Positions 54,537 to 64,000 of a stretch of DNA of 64,000 nt are shown here, piece after piece. How positions within the stretch are numbered: the first letter of the stretch is position 1; each line of letters begins with the position of its first letter. Source of the DNA: an uncultured Dehalococcoidia bacterium (GTDB taxonomy: Bacteria; Chloroflexota; Dehalococcoidia; Lucifugimonadales; CAJWUJ01); the NCBI GenBank assembly GCA_913047625.1, contig CAJWUJ010000003.1, positions 76,835 to 140,834 of the forward strand, given 5' to 3'. A program made the position numbers and the translations under genes. Below the pieces are notes generated by a model, which did no database searches, was not told the DNA's origin, and saw nothing but the letters and a program-made list of their open reading frames with translations.

Positions 54537-55367
54537 CTAGAGATGTGCTCCCCCATTTACCTCTATCACTTGACCAGTGATGTAGGAACTATCGTCAGAT
54601 GCCAAAAAAAGAATTGGCCCTGCGGCTTCCTCAACAGTCCCTGGCCTACCTAGGGGTATGGATTCAATAGCTTTATCCCTAATCGTCGCAGGAACTCCTA
54701 GGGCAATTCGCTGTTGGAAGACCTCCCCTTGTTCTTTTGGACGAGTAAGTCGGGTATCCATCAAACCATAAGCTACTGTGTTGGCAAGAATGTTGAGAAA
54801 GGCGCCTTCTATGGCAATGGTTTTAGTAAGACCAATAATCCCTGCTTTTGCTGCGGCATAGTTCGCCTGACCTAAATTGCCGAAAGCGGATTGGGAGGCA
54901 ACCGTGATAATACGGCGTGATGAAGAGACGGAAGAAGTGTTATTTGATTCTTGCTTTGCAATATCTCGCATTGCTACGAAAGCGTTCTGGGCAATGAAAA
55001 ATGTACCTGTTAGATGGGTATCAATAATAGCTTGCCATTGCTCATGGGTCATCTTGTGAAACATCCCATCCCATGTGAATCCTGCACAGTTAACGGCAAT
55101 ATCAAGTGTTCCGTATTCACTTAAGGCAGTTTGAATTAAGCTTTGAGCAGTAGCCTCTTCATTAACTGATCCTGCTACAACGCCAACGGTTCCTCCGTTT
55201 TCTCTGATGGTTGATGCAGTTTCGTTGAGGAGTTCCTCGTCCAGGTCATTGATAATAAGCGAAGATCCCTCAGCTGCGAATCGAAGAGCAACCGATCTCC
55301 CGATTCCTCGAGACGCGCCGGTAACAACGGCTATTTTTTGGTGTAAAGATGGCACAACTGACCTCAC
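54537..55367 (-). CDS. Short-chain dehydrogenase/reductase (3-oxoacyl-ACP reductase-like)
   Basis: TGASRGIGRS, NCAG and YAAAKAG motifs. Confidence 0.85.
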   Translation of the reverse strand: MRSVVPSLHQKIAVVTGASRGIGRSVALRFAAEGSSLIINDLDEELLNETASTIRENGGTVGVVAGSVNEEATAQSLIQTALSEYGTLDIAVNCAGFTWDGMFHKMTHEQWQAIIDTHLTGTFFIAQNAFVAMRDIAKQESNNTSSVSSSRRIITVASQSAFGNLGQANYAAAKAGIIGLTKTIAIEGAFLNILANTVAYGLMDTRLTRPKEQGEVFQQRIALGVPATIRDKAIESIPLGRPGTVEEAAGPILFLASDDSSYITGQVIEVNGGAHL

Positions 55368-55494
55368 TTATAGATTATTTGATTGGAGTAACCGCTAGGA
55401 GAAATTATAAAGTACTCGGGTATCATCAACAAGTGGAAAGCTTGTGACAAATCCCAGCACTATTCTACGGGCTTCTGCAGTAAGCGCTAACTAA

Positions 55495-55788
55495 TCAAAG
55501 TTCGTCGATGGAGTCGTAGGTGGATCGTTCAGTAGCACGAGACCACATATGGTTATGTCTTTCTGTGAAACCTATTCTTGTAGGACTATTTTGCCAGGCT
55601 TCATAACAGGTTTTGTTTCTCCACAGGGTTATACTTAGAATTCGTGTAGGATCTTCACTGTCAATAACTGTATGCCTTCCTATAAATCCACTAAAACTAC
55701 GTAAGGCTAATCCAAATTTCAGAACACCTTCCTGGGCCTGTTGCAGTTTTTCGGGATGGGCAAAATGCTGGGCCAAAACGACATGCAT
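55495..55788 (-). CDS. ABM (antibiotic biosynthesis monooxygenase-like) domain protein
   Basis: 97-aa protein with a ferredoxin-like ABM pattern (ITLWRNKTCYEAWQNSP). Confidence 0.6.
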   Translation of the reverse strand: MHVVLAQHFAHPEKLQQAQEGVLKFGLALRSFSGFIGRHTVIDSEDPTRILSITLWRNKTCYEAWQNSPTRIGFTERHNHMWSRATERSTYDSIDEL

Positions 55789-55877
55789 GTCTTCTCCTTT
55801 CGTTTCTGTAATGATGCAATGGTGCGGGTCACTAAGTCAGTGTGAGTCATTAGTTAGGTATCGTGCCAGTTAATTGC

Positions 55878-57065
55878 CTATGCATTATTCAGAAGGGCTT
55901 TGGCTTTTTGGAACTGGCTTATGGCTCCCTCAATTACGGAGTCTTCTACGCAGTATGATAGTCGAAAATAACCCGCTGTTCCGAATCCGCTTCCTGGAAC
56001 TATTAACACTTTGTGCTTCAACATCATTTCTGTAAAAGCTACATCGTCGTTCAGAGGAGATTTAGGAAACATATAAAAAGCCCCCTGGGGCCAAGTTACT
56101 TCGTAGCCAGAATCAATTAGTCCTTTGTAAAGCAAGTCCCTTTTTGACTGGTAAGCCCCTACATCAATCGTTGCTTTCTGTAGGTCCTTGGTTATTCTTT
56201 GCATAAGTGCTGGTGCATTGACAAAGCCTAATGTTCTGTTGCAAAAAACCAGTGCTTCCAGCAGAGTGGCCTTCTCGGGAAACAGTGGATGTATTGCAAT
56301 ATATCCAATGCGTTCACCCGCTAGACCTAAGTCTTTTGAATGTGATGTGACAACAATGGTTTTATTATGATATCTAAAAGGGTGTGGATAAGTAAGATCG
56401 TCATAAAGAATTTTCCTGTACGGTTCATCGCTAATCAATGTTATGGAAATTCCTAATTCAGCTTCTTTAGCTCGTATCAGCACACCCAATTGGTGCATAG
56501 TTTCCGAGGGATAAATTACCCCAGTAGGATTATTAGGAGAGTTAATAAGAATGGCTTTGGTCTTTGCTGAAATTGACTCAGCAATCTGATCAATATCAGG
56601 CATAAAATTGTGTTTAGATGGGCATACTACCAGCAGTCCCTGATGGTTTCCCACGTAGTATCCATATTCTACGAAGTATGGCGAAATAGTAATAACTTCG
56701 TCTCCTGGATCCAGCAGAGACTTCAGGACGACGTTTAATCCTCCTCCTGCACCACAACACATAACGATGTCTTCGGATGTAAAGTCCATGCCAATTTCAG
56801 ACGATAAGTTATTAGCCACTGCTTCTCTAGTATCTTTGTAACCCGCATTAGGCATGTATCGATGCATGCCTGGAGGTGGATTCTTGGCAAGCTCAGATAG
56901 CTTTTGTTGGAATGCCTCAGGAGGTTCCATAATAGGGTTACCAAGTGATAAATCAAAGACGTTAGACTCTCCAAATTCTTGCTTTAGCTTTGCCCCTGCC
57001 TCGAACATTTTTCGAATCCAAGAACCTTGGGTCATGTCAGTGTTTACCTGTTTTGAAATTTGCAC
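55878..57065 (-). CDS. Class I/II PLP-dependent aminotransferase (aspartate/aromatic type)
   Basis: NNPTGV and SHSK (PLP-lysine) motifs and a C-terminal R in FRLSY. 395 aa. Confidence 0.85.
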   Translation of the reverse strand: MQISKQVNTDMTQGSWIRKMFEAGAKLKQEFGESNVFDLSLGNPIMEPPEAFQQKLSELAKNPPPGMHRYMPNAGYKDTREAVANNLSSEIGMDFTSEDIVMCCGAGGGLNVVLKSLLDPGDEVITISPYFVEYGYYVGNHQGLLVVCPSKHNFMPDIDQIAESISAKTKAILINSPNNPTGVIYPSETMHQLGVLIRAKEAELGISITLISDEPYRKILYDDLTYPHPFRYHNKTIVVTSHSKDLGLAGERIGYIAIHPLFPEKATLLEALVFCNRTLGFVNAPALMQRITKDLQKATIDVGAYQSKRDLLYKGLIDSGYEVTWPQGAFYMFPKSPLNDDVAFTEMMLKHKVLIVPGSGFGTAGYFRLSYCVEDSVIEGAISQFQKAKALLNNA

Positions 57066-57076
57066 TAGAGTTACTC

Positions 57077-57625
57077 CTAAACCAAATCCCGCAAATAAGG
57101 CTTTCCGACTTGGTGGATAATAGCTATGAGAGCCAATACGATCAAGAAACCAGAAGCTAGTTGGAATGAAATTACGGTTGATCCAGATAAGGCTAAGGCA
57201 GTCCCGGTAGCTGGAGCGTGAGCTGTCCTCGTTATTATCATTAGTAACATTGTTATTCCTACGGCAATTACTGCTGGTATTACTGGAATAGTAATCAACG
57301 AGGAAATAGATCCGATAGATAGTCCAATGAAATGACCTAACAACACATTTCTGGCTCGGGCAGATTTGCTTGAAGGGATAGCAAGGACTACAAAGATGGT
57401 TGAGCCTAACGAGGCAACTATCAGAAGGTTCTGTTCTTCAAAAATAAGAATTATTGGGGCAAGAAGCAACGCGCCTAACAGGGATTGAGTTAAGGTGTGG
57501 TTTTTCAAGGGATTAAGATCAAAAGAAGGCTTATCGCGTTTTCTCATTTCCGTCCTCACAGTAATTATAGTATATGGTGCCTCGCGTAATTCTGGGTTTA
57601 TGAAACTCAGCTTAACTTGCATCAT
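57077..57625 (-). CDS. HPP-family membrane protein
   Basis: 4-5 TM protein. HAPATGTAL occupies the position of the family's HPPAGATAL motif. Confidence 0.55.
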   Translation of the reverse strand: MMQVKLSFINPELREAPYTIITVRTEMRKRDKPSFDLNPLKNHTLTQSLLGALLLAPIILIFEEQNLLIVASLGSTIFVVLAIPSSKSARARNVLLGHFIGLSIGSISSLITIPVIPAVIAVGITMLLMIITRTAHAPATGTALALSGSTVISFQLASGFLIVLALIAIIHQVGKPYLRDLV

Positions 57626-57848
57626 TCGTCATGACAAGAGTGCCTAAGAAAGTAGTAGTTTTAACGTTGCTACAGTATATAAGTTAATAGGTGGGATTGA
57701 TGGCTGAGTACGTAGTATAATAACTTTGGTAACCAGTATGTGATCTGGGCACGGTTCATACGTTTCATCGAATTAAATGCTTACCACATATATTCAGTTT
57801 ATATCACGCCCTCTAACGTAAATATTGAGGACAAGTCAGGAAATAATT

Positions 57849-58271
57849 ATGCGATCTGACCAAGAAAAAGCTGCACTTAACGGCCTAACAGGCCCATTTG
57901 CAAAATTCTTAAATATTCAAGTAGATGAGGTGCGGGAGGGATGGGCTGAGCTAAGTATGAGAATAGAAGAGAAGCATACCCATCACCGGGGAGCAGTTCA
58001 AGGTGGTCTAGTTGTCACACTTGCTGATGCAGCACTGGCAATCGCACTAAAAACAGTCATAGAACCAACTGACGAAACTGCCACAGTTGAAATTAAGTTG
58101 AACTTTATACGCCCAGGTTTAGGCAGCAAACTTAAGTCTCAAGCTTCGCTTCGTCATAAAGGAAAAAGATTCTTAGTAGGGGACATGACGGTTTTGGACG
58201 ATAACGACAAGGTTGTAGCAATTGGCATGGGTACTTTTGTTGTTCTGGACGCTAATAGACCTCCATCATAA
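57849..58271 (+). CDS. PaaI-family hotdog thioesterase
   Basis: HHRGAVQGGLVVTLADAALAIA motif. ATG 57849 (AGGAAA 5 nt upstream) is preferred over TTG 57825. Confidence 0.75.
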   Translation: MRSDQEKAALNGLTGPFAKFLNIQVDEVREGWAELSMRIEEKHTHHRGAVQGGLVVTLADAALAIALKTVIEPTDETATVEIKLNFIRPGLGSKLKSQASLRHKGKRFLVGDMTVLDDNDKVVAIGMGTFVVLDANRPPS

Positions 58272-58310
58272 ATCAGAGCATGAAACCTAGGGACCTGTAG
58301 GGTTCCAGGG

Positions 58311-60329
58311 ATGGGTTTAGTGGAAACACCTTCTGTTGAGAAACGAATAAACATCCTTAGGGAAGAAATCAATCAACACAATCATTTGTATTATGTGTTG
58401 GATAGTCCTTCTGTAAGTGATGACGAATATGATTTGTTAATGCGAGAGTTAATAGATCTTGAAACAAACTATCCTAATTTGATCGTGTCTCATTCTCCAA
58501 CCCAGCGTGTAGGAGCTCAACCTGCCAGTCACTTCCCGCCAGTCATCCATAGCGAGCCAATGTTGAGTCTTGCTAATGCCTTTAGCCGTCAAGAGATGAC
58601 CGCTTGGTACGAGCGTGTGTGTCGCTCTTTGGAAGTTGACCACGTAGCATTAGTTTGCGAGCTCAAAATTGATGGTTTGGCGATTTCTATTAACTATCAG
58701 CAGGGAATATTATCATTTGCCGCTACCAGAGGGAACGGCCGTCAAGGGGAAGATGTTACGGGAAATGTTAAAACTATTCGCAGTGTCCCACTGTCTCTTA
58801 AAGGAGTTTCTGATGTGATAGAGGTGCGTGGCGAGGTGTATATTCCGAAAACAGCATTTAATGAACTGAATGAACAACGAGTAAAAGAGGGAGAAATTCC
58901 TTATGCAAACACTCGGAATATAGCTGCTGGATCCCTAAGGCAGCTCGACCCGTCTGTTACTGCCACCAGACCGCTAAACATTTTTGTTTACGGAATTGGA
59001 GAAGTTGCGGGTCTTACTGTGCCAGATAACCAATTGGATATGTTGCGATGGTTGGCAGTAATGGGATTCAAGACCAACGAGCATATTCAACGGTGCAATA
59101 CAATAGAAGAAGTGGAACTTTTCCATCAACGATGGGAACAGCAAAAAAATGAACTTGAATACAATATAGACGGTATTGTAGTGAAAGTAGCGGATCTAAA
59201 TCACCAAAGAACACTTGGGTTCGTCGGTAGGGAACCAAGATGGGCTATTGCGTACAAATTTCCAGCCGAAAGAGTCATAACTAAATTGCTGAATATAGGT
59301 ATTGGAGTTGGCAGAACCGGAAGCTTGAATCCTTACGCAATACTTGAGCCGATAACGGTGGGAGGGGCAAAGATTTCTATGGCTACACTGCATAATATTG
59401 ACTATATCCAGGAAAAAGATATTCGGATCGGCGATTGGGTTTTATTAGAAAGGTCAGGAGATGTCATTCCTAAAATCATTAAGTCTCTTGAGGATAGGCG
59501 CTTAGGTAGTGAGAAAAAATTTGAGATGCCCGACTCATGCCCTGAGTGCTCTCAGCCAACTGTGAGAATTTCGGGAGAGGTAGTGGTGCGATGTCCCAAT
59601 CCGATGTGCTCAGGACAAGTAATCCGTAAGCTGATCCATTTTGCATCTAAGGGAGCAACTGATATACAGGGGTTGGGGGAGAAAATTTTAGAGAAACTAA
59701 TTGAGGCTAACCTTGTTGAGGATGTAGGGGACTTGTTCTATTTGACCGTCGATCAGATAGAAGCGCTGGATGGCTTTCAGCAAAAGAGTTCGATGAAGCT
59801 TTATAAAGAAATTCAATCAAAAAAAGACACTCCATTACATAAGATTCTCTACGGGTTAGGGATAATGCATGTTGGCGAGGAAACCGCTTTCATCCTGTCC
59901 GAGCACTTTGGATCTATGGATGCTATTGTTGCAGCATCAGAACTCGAATTAAATACTGTCCCTATGATCGGCCCAAAAATCAGTACATCGATAAAAGAGT
60001 TTTTTCTAGACTCTGAAGCAAAAACGGTCATCACCAAATTGCAGAATGCAGGAGTTACATTTCGTTATCAATCTCAAAGATCAGGCGGTGGAAAATTGAT
60101 CTTTGATGGAGATGATTTTGCTGTTACAGGAACCCTGAGTACAATGACTAGATTAGAATTTGAAGATTTGGTTCGTAAGGCAGGAGGAACTATATCAAAA
60201 ACTGTGGGACGAAAGACGAAGTATTTAGTTTTAGGTGAAGATCCTGGATCAAAAATAATAAAAGCTCAAGAATTAGGAGTTCTTCAGATATCTGAGGAGG
60301 AGTTTTTGGCTAAACTTTCAGGCATATAA
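58311..60329 (+). CDS. ligA: NAD-dependent DNA ligase
   Basis: Adenylation motif CELKIDG, an OB fold, a Cys4 zinc finger (CPECSQ...CPNPMC), HhH repeats and a C-terminal BRCT domain. Confidence 0.95.
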   Translation: MGLVETPSVEKRINILREEINQHNHLYYVLDSPSVSDDEYDLLMRELIDLETNYPNLIVSHSPTQRVGAQPASHFPPVIHSEPMLSLANAFSRQEMTAWYERVCRSLEVDHVALVCELKIDGLAISINYQQGILSFAATRGNGRQGEDVTGNVKTIRSVPLSLKGVSDVIEVRGEVYIPKTAFNELNEQRVKEGEIPYANTRNIAAGSLRQLDPSVTATRPLNIFVYGIGEVAGLTVPDNQLDMLRWLAVMGFKTNEHIQRCNTIEEVELFHQRWEQQKNELEYNIDGIVVKVADLNHQRTLGFVGREPRWAIAYKFPAERVITKLLNIGIGVGRTGSLNPYAILEPITVGGAKISMATLHNIDYIQEKDIRIGDWVLLERSGDVIPKIIKSLEDRRLGSEKKFEMPDSCPECSQPTVRISGEVVVRCPNPMCSGQVIRKLIHFASKGATDIQGLGEKILEKLIEANLVEDVGDLFYLTVDQIEALDGFQQKSSMKLYKEIQSKKDTPLHKILYGLGIMHVGEETAFILSEHFGSMDAIVAASELELNTVPMIGPKISTSIKEFFLDSEAKTVITKLQNAGVTFRYQSQRSGGGKLIFDGDDFAVTGTLSTMTRLEFEDLVRKAGGTISKTVGRKTKYLVLGEDPGSKIIKAQELGVLQISEEEFLAKLSGI

Positions 60330-60385
60330 TTCTGCGGCTGATCTTGTTGGTTAGTATTTACTGAGTATAATTGGAATTGATGATT

Positions 60386-60970
60386 ATGTATCAAACACCG
60401 ATAAAGGCTATTGTAGGCTTAGGCAATCCTACACCGCAATTCCATCAGACTCGACATAATATAGGCCATACTTGCGTTGATTTACTAGCCAGTCAAAAAA
60501 ACTTGACATTCCTTACCGGGCAATTCTTGGATATGGTTGAATGGCGTTTACCAGAGCGAACAATTATATTGGGTAAATCACGAACTTATATGAATCAAAG
60601 CGGTTCAGCTATTTTGAGGTTAATGGCGAAGTATAACGTTGCACCGGAGGAAATAACTATAGTTTATGATGATATGGATTTGCCCCTAGGAAAATTAAGA
60701 ATCAAAAAGCAGGGAGGCAGTGGAGGACATCGAGGCTTAGGTTCTATAATTGATACTGTTGGTACAAATGATTTTCCTAGGCTAAGACTCGGAATTGGTC
60801 ACCCAGTCAAAGACGATCCCGTTGATCATGTGTTGGGATTATTTACGAAAAAAGAAATAAAGTGTGTAGACCAAATAGTGCAGCTAGGAGCAGAAGCGTT
60901 AGATAGTATGTGTAGTTATGGGATTGATGTCGCTATGAATAGGTATAATGGAGAGGAAGTGACTCAATAG
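60386..60970 (+). CDS. pth: Peptidyl-tRNA hydrolase
   Basis: AIVGLGNP and TRHNIGH motifs. ATG 60386 is preferred; TTG 60371 and ATG 60380 are possible. Confidence 0.9.
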   Translation: MYQTPIKAIVGLGNPTPQFHQTRHNIGHTCVDLLASQKNLTFLTGQFLDMVEWRLPERTIILGKSRTYMNQSGSAILRLMAKYNVAPEEITIVYDDMDLPLGKLRIKKQGGSGGHRGLGSIIDTVGTNDFPRLRLGIGHPVKDDPVDHVLGLFTKKEIKCVDQIVQLGAEALDSMCSYGIDVAMNRYNGEEVTQ

Positions 60971-60995
60971 AGAGCAATATTCTGGGGGATTGGAT

Positions 60996-61322
60996 ATGTT
61001 TGGTGACGAAAAAAGAGCAGTAGCCATTGCCGTGAAAAGCAACGAGTTGTCTATTACATGGGATGAACGGCATGAGAGCACGTTTCCTTTTAGAGCTTTG
61101 CGTGCGGAATGTCGATGTGCTTTTTGCGTAGATGAAATTACTCGCGAAAGACGAATTGGATTACAGGATATTGCCACAGATATTAAGATTGAAGATTGGA
61201 TTGATGTAGGGAAATATGCTATTCAAATATTGTGGAGTGATGGGCATTCTGAGGGGATATATCCGTTTGAAATGTTGCTATCGCTTTGTCCCTGCAGTGT
61301 TTGTGTCGATCAGGGTACTTAA
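60996..61322 (+). CDS. DUF971 (gamma-butyrobetaine hydroxylase N-terminal-like) zinc-binding domain protein
   Basis: LSITWDERHESTFPFRALRAECRCAFC (CxCxxC) plus a downstream His in WSDGHSEG. A second CPCSVC sits at the C-terminus. GGGGGA lies 6 nt upstream of ATG 60996. Confidence 0.7.
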   Translation: MFGDEKRAVAIAVKSNELSITWDERHESTFPFRALRAECRCAFCVDEITRERRIGLQDIATDIKIEDWIDVGKYAIQILWSDGHSEGIYPFEMLLSLCPCSVCVDQGT

Positions 61323-61364
61323 CAAGAGATCAATAAAGCAGTTATATGATTGAAAGGGAATAAA

Positions 61365-61673
61365 ATGGCAGAAGAACAATCTGAAGGAATCAGTATAGAC
61401 CAAGTGAGGCACTTGGCAACTTTAGCTAGGATTAAGTTTTCCAGTGAAGAGATTGAAAAAATGCAGCAGGAACTAAATTCCATACTAGATCCAATTAAAA
61501 TGTTGCAAGATGTTGATACCCAGGGAGTACCTCCTACCAGTCACTCGGGAGGTGTGATTTCGGTTATGCGGGAAGATCAAGTTCATTCCTCCTATCCTGC
61601 CAAGGATATGATAGCCAATGCTCCTTTAACAGAAGGAAACTATATCAAGATTAAAGAGGTATTAGAGCAGTAA
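61365..61673 (+). CDS. gatC: Asp/Glu-tRNA amidotransferase subunit C
   Basis: GatC pattern ISIDQVRHLATLARIKFSSEEIEKMQQELNSIL...P. The stop overlaps the gatA ATG (TAATG). Confidence 0.85.
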   Translation: MAEEQSEGISIDQVRHLATLARIKFSSEEIEKMQQELNSILDPIKMLQDVDTQGVPPTSHSGGVISVMREDQVHSSYPAKDMIANAPLTEGNYIKIKEVLEQ

Positions 61674-63136
61674 TGAAGGATCTGTTAACCGTTGCCAAGT
61701 CGAGGCACTTATTAACGTCCAAACAAATAAGTGCCTTGGAACTGACAAAAGAAATTTTGCGGTGTATTCATGCCACTGAAGATGAAGTTGCTTCCTATGT
61801 AACAATTACCGAGGAATTAGCTTTACAGCAGGCAGATCAAGCGGATAAGTGTATCCAGAAAGGACAAATGCATTCACTGACGGGTATCCCAATGCAAATA
61901 AAGGATAATTTGTCGACAGCCAATGTCTTGACTACCTGTTCGTCCAACATGTTGAGGAACTATATCCCTCCTTTTAACGCTACAGTGGTGGAAAAACTTA
62001 GGAAGGAAAAGACTGTTTTATTAGGTAAGGGAAATATGGATGAGTTCGCTATGGGATCCTCAACAGAGAATTCTGCAATAAAAAGAACTTATAATCCATG
62101 GGATTTAACCAAGGTTCCAGGTGGATCAAGTGGTGGCCCAGCAGCTTCGGTAGCATGCCAGCAAGCACTTTTTAGTCTGGGATCAGATACAGGAGGATCT
62201 ATTCGGCAGCCAGCAGCATTTTGTGGAATTGTAGGGTTAAAGCCTACTTACGGTTTAGTTAGCAGATATGGATTAGTAGCTTTTGCATCATCCCTTGATC
62301 AGGTGGGACCAATGACAAGAACGGTCGAGGATTCTGCAATCGTGCTACGAGCAATTGCAGGAAGAGATCGAGCGGATGCAACTTGTCTTACCCGTACAGT
62401 GCCCGACTACGAAAAATCGTTGGATAAAGGAGTCAAAGGGCTTCGGATAGGGATTCCTACTGAATATTTTGATCCTGAAATCGATGAAACAGCAAAGCAG
62501 TCCGTGATAGATGCAGCACAAGTACTAAAGGAAAACGGCGCCACAATAGATTGGGACATATCTCTACCTTCTACTAAGTATGCTTTGGCCGTTTATTATA
62601 TCATTGCCCCATCAGAAGCCTCAGCCAATTTATCGCGATATGACGGCGTGAAGTTCGGACATGCTTCTTCTGGGGACAATATCTGGGATGTGATAGAAAA
62701 GACTCGCCAGGAAGGATTTGGACCAGAGGTCAAGCGGCGAATAATGCTTGGTACACATGTCTTGTCTTCTGGATATTATGATGCATACTATCTACGTGCA
62801 TCTAAAGTACGCACTATTATTACGCAGGAATTTAAGAATATATTCAAAAAAGTGGATGTTCTATTAGGGCCTACTACTCCAACAACTGCATTTGGTGTTG
62901 GTGAAAAAATGGCCGATCCTGTTGCTATGTATAAAAGTGATATTTTAACTGTTCCCGCAAATATTGCTGGAATTCCTGCGATTTCAATTCCTGGAGGATT
63001 TTCAAATAATTTACCCTTAGGTATCCAATTTATGGCTCCGCATTTAGGAGAGGAGATACTTTTTCGAGTAGGTCATTCCTATCAACAGTCTACGTCTTGG
63101 CATCTTATGCATCCACCTGTTTTTAAGGCTAATTAA
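61673..63136 (+). CDS. gatA: Asp/Glu-tRNA amidotransferase subunit A
   Basis: Canonical amidase signature PGGSSGGPAASVA...GSDTGGSIRQPAAFCGIVGLKPTYG, and coupling to gatC. Confidence 0.95.
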   Translation: MKDLLTVAKSRHLLTSKQISALELTKEILRCIHATEDEVASYVTITEELALQQADQADKCIQKGQMHSLTGIPMQIKDNLSTANVLTTCSSNMLRNYIPPFNATVVEKLRKEKTVLLGKGNMDEFAMGSSTENSAIKRTYNPWDLTKVPGGSSGGPAASVACQQALFSLGSDTGGSIRQPAAFCGIVGLKPTYGLVSRYGLVAFASSLDQVGPMTRTVEDSAIVLRAIAGRDRADATCLTRTVPDYEKSLDKGVKGLRIGIPTEYFDPEIDETAKQSVIDAAQVLKENGATIDWDISLPSTKYALAVYYIIAPSEASANLSRYDGVKFGHASSGDNIWDVIEKTRQEGFGPEVKRRIMLGTHVLSSGYYDAYYLRASKVRTIITQEFKNIFKKVDVLLGPTTPTTAFGVGEKMADPVAMYKSDILTVPANIAGIPAISIPGGFSNNLPLGIQFMAPHLGEEILFRVGHSYQQSTSWHLMHPPVFKAN

Positions 63137-63153
63137 GCTTAGCCGTGAGCGTA

Positions 63154-63945
63154 TTATCCCGTCATCTGTTCGGCAAATAAACGGTGTAGGACAGAATTAG
63201 AAACGAGTACAGATTTACTATTCAAATCCGCTGGTGCGAGTTGAATATCAGTAGCCATACCCCCAGCCTCTTGTATGAAAAGTATTCCTGCCGCGAGATC
63301 CCAGGACTCCAGGCTAAAATGACAGTAAATATCGAGCCTTCCTGATGCGGCATAAGCTAGGCCAAGCGCAGCAGATCCAAGAATGCGTATTGCCTGAGTT
63401 TGATACTGAAAGTCTTTCACTATTTTGGTAGCAGCTGCGGCATGGGCAGCATAGTAACCGATATCTAAACCAAGAATACTGGACTTTAAATCTTGTTTCT
63501 TTGAAACAGACAATGGTGATTGGTTAAGAAATGCTCCCAAACCCTTTTGGGAGGAAAATTTTTCTTTTCTTATAGGATCATACGTGATGCCGAAGAGAAC
63601 AATGCCATTCTTGGACAGTGCGATAGTGGTACAAAAATGAGGGATTCCTGTAATATAATTTCTTGTTCCATCTAATGGATCAATAATCCAGGCATATGGA
63701 CTATCAGTTTCTACAGGAGGAGACTCTTCCGATAGGATGCTGAAGGACGGGAATTCACTTTGAAGAAGTGATATTATGGCTTGTTCAACTTCGATATCTA
63801 CGTCCGAAACAGGATTTCCTTCACTTTTGAAATTTACATCCTTAGGGGTGTTGAAACGTTCAGTTAGGATGTTTCCAGCTAGATTTACTGCACAATCTGC
63901 AACCTCAAAACTGTTTTTTCCGGAGTTAGATAGAGGGGTTTCCAT
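63154..63945 (-). CDS. Inositol monophosphatase family protein
   Basis: WIIDPLDGTRNY and ESWDLAAG motifs. Confidence 0.85.
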   Translation of the reverse strand: METPLSNSGKNSFEVADCAVNLAGNILTERFNTPKDVNFKSEGNPVSDVDIEVEQAIISLLQSEFPSFSILSEESPPVETDSPYAWIIDPLDGTRNYITGIPHFCTTIALSKNGIVLFGITYDPIRKEKFSSQKGLGAFLNQSPLSVSKKQDLKSSILGLDIGYYAAHAAAATKIVKDFQYQTQAIRILGSAALGLAYAASGRLDIYCHFSLESWDLAAGILFIQEAGGMATDIQLAPADLNSKSVLVSNSVLHRLFAEQMTG

Positions 63946-64000
63946 GGTAACGGTTCAGGCTAATCCTATTCGTTCCATGACCTGACCTAAAGTTTCTCTA

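Overview
A 64-kb, densely coding chromosomal segment with about 60 CDS and 1 tRNA. I saw no rRNA, CRISPR array, transposase, integrase or phage genes. Gene content points to an aerobic bacterium: a caa3 oxidase with Bacillus-like CtaG and subunit IV, gatCA, lipoprotein solute receptors on long linkers, and many paralogous amidohydrolase, aminotransferase and SDR genes. A marine Chloroflexota (SAR202-like) origin is my guess, by inference only.

Layout, left to right:
- tRNA-Val, ogt, dnaE, a P-loop kinase, and infC (non-AUG ATA start)-rpmI-rplT.
- A 13-kb minus-strand array: pheS-pheT-moeA-hypothetical-ctaA-ctaB-ctaC-ctaD-ctaE-(subunit IV fused to cytochrome c)-ctaG-sco1.
- A UbiD/UbiA/UbiX/UbiE-type quinone cluster.
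- A 13.6-kb catabolic island: an orphan hydantoinase-A homologue, a TRAP transporter, two tandem GSA-like class-III aminotransferases, a ThDP enzyme, and two tandem pairs of a GatC-like small ORF plus an amidase.
- pstSCAB, then a third aminotransferase paralogue, a crotonase and a nucleotidyltransferase.
- A PhoR/PhoB-like two-component pair divergent from phoU.
- An MFS, D-aminoacylase, amidohydrolase and EamA block, then an SDR-SDR-ABM-aminotransferase-HPP block.
- A PaaI-like thioesterase, ligA, pth, DUF971, gatCA and an IMPase.

Best candidates for something new:
1. The duplicated GatC-like/GatA-like (AtzG/AtzE-style) amidase modules and the uncharacterised island around them.
2. The oxidase subunit IV::cytochrome c fusion.
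3. Phased TTAAnn direct-repeat arrays (Pho-box-like) upstream of pstS and of the response-regulator gene.

All function calls come from motifs read by eye. No database search or statistics were run.
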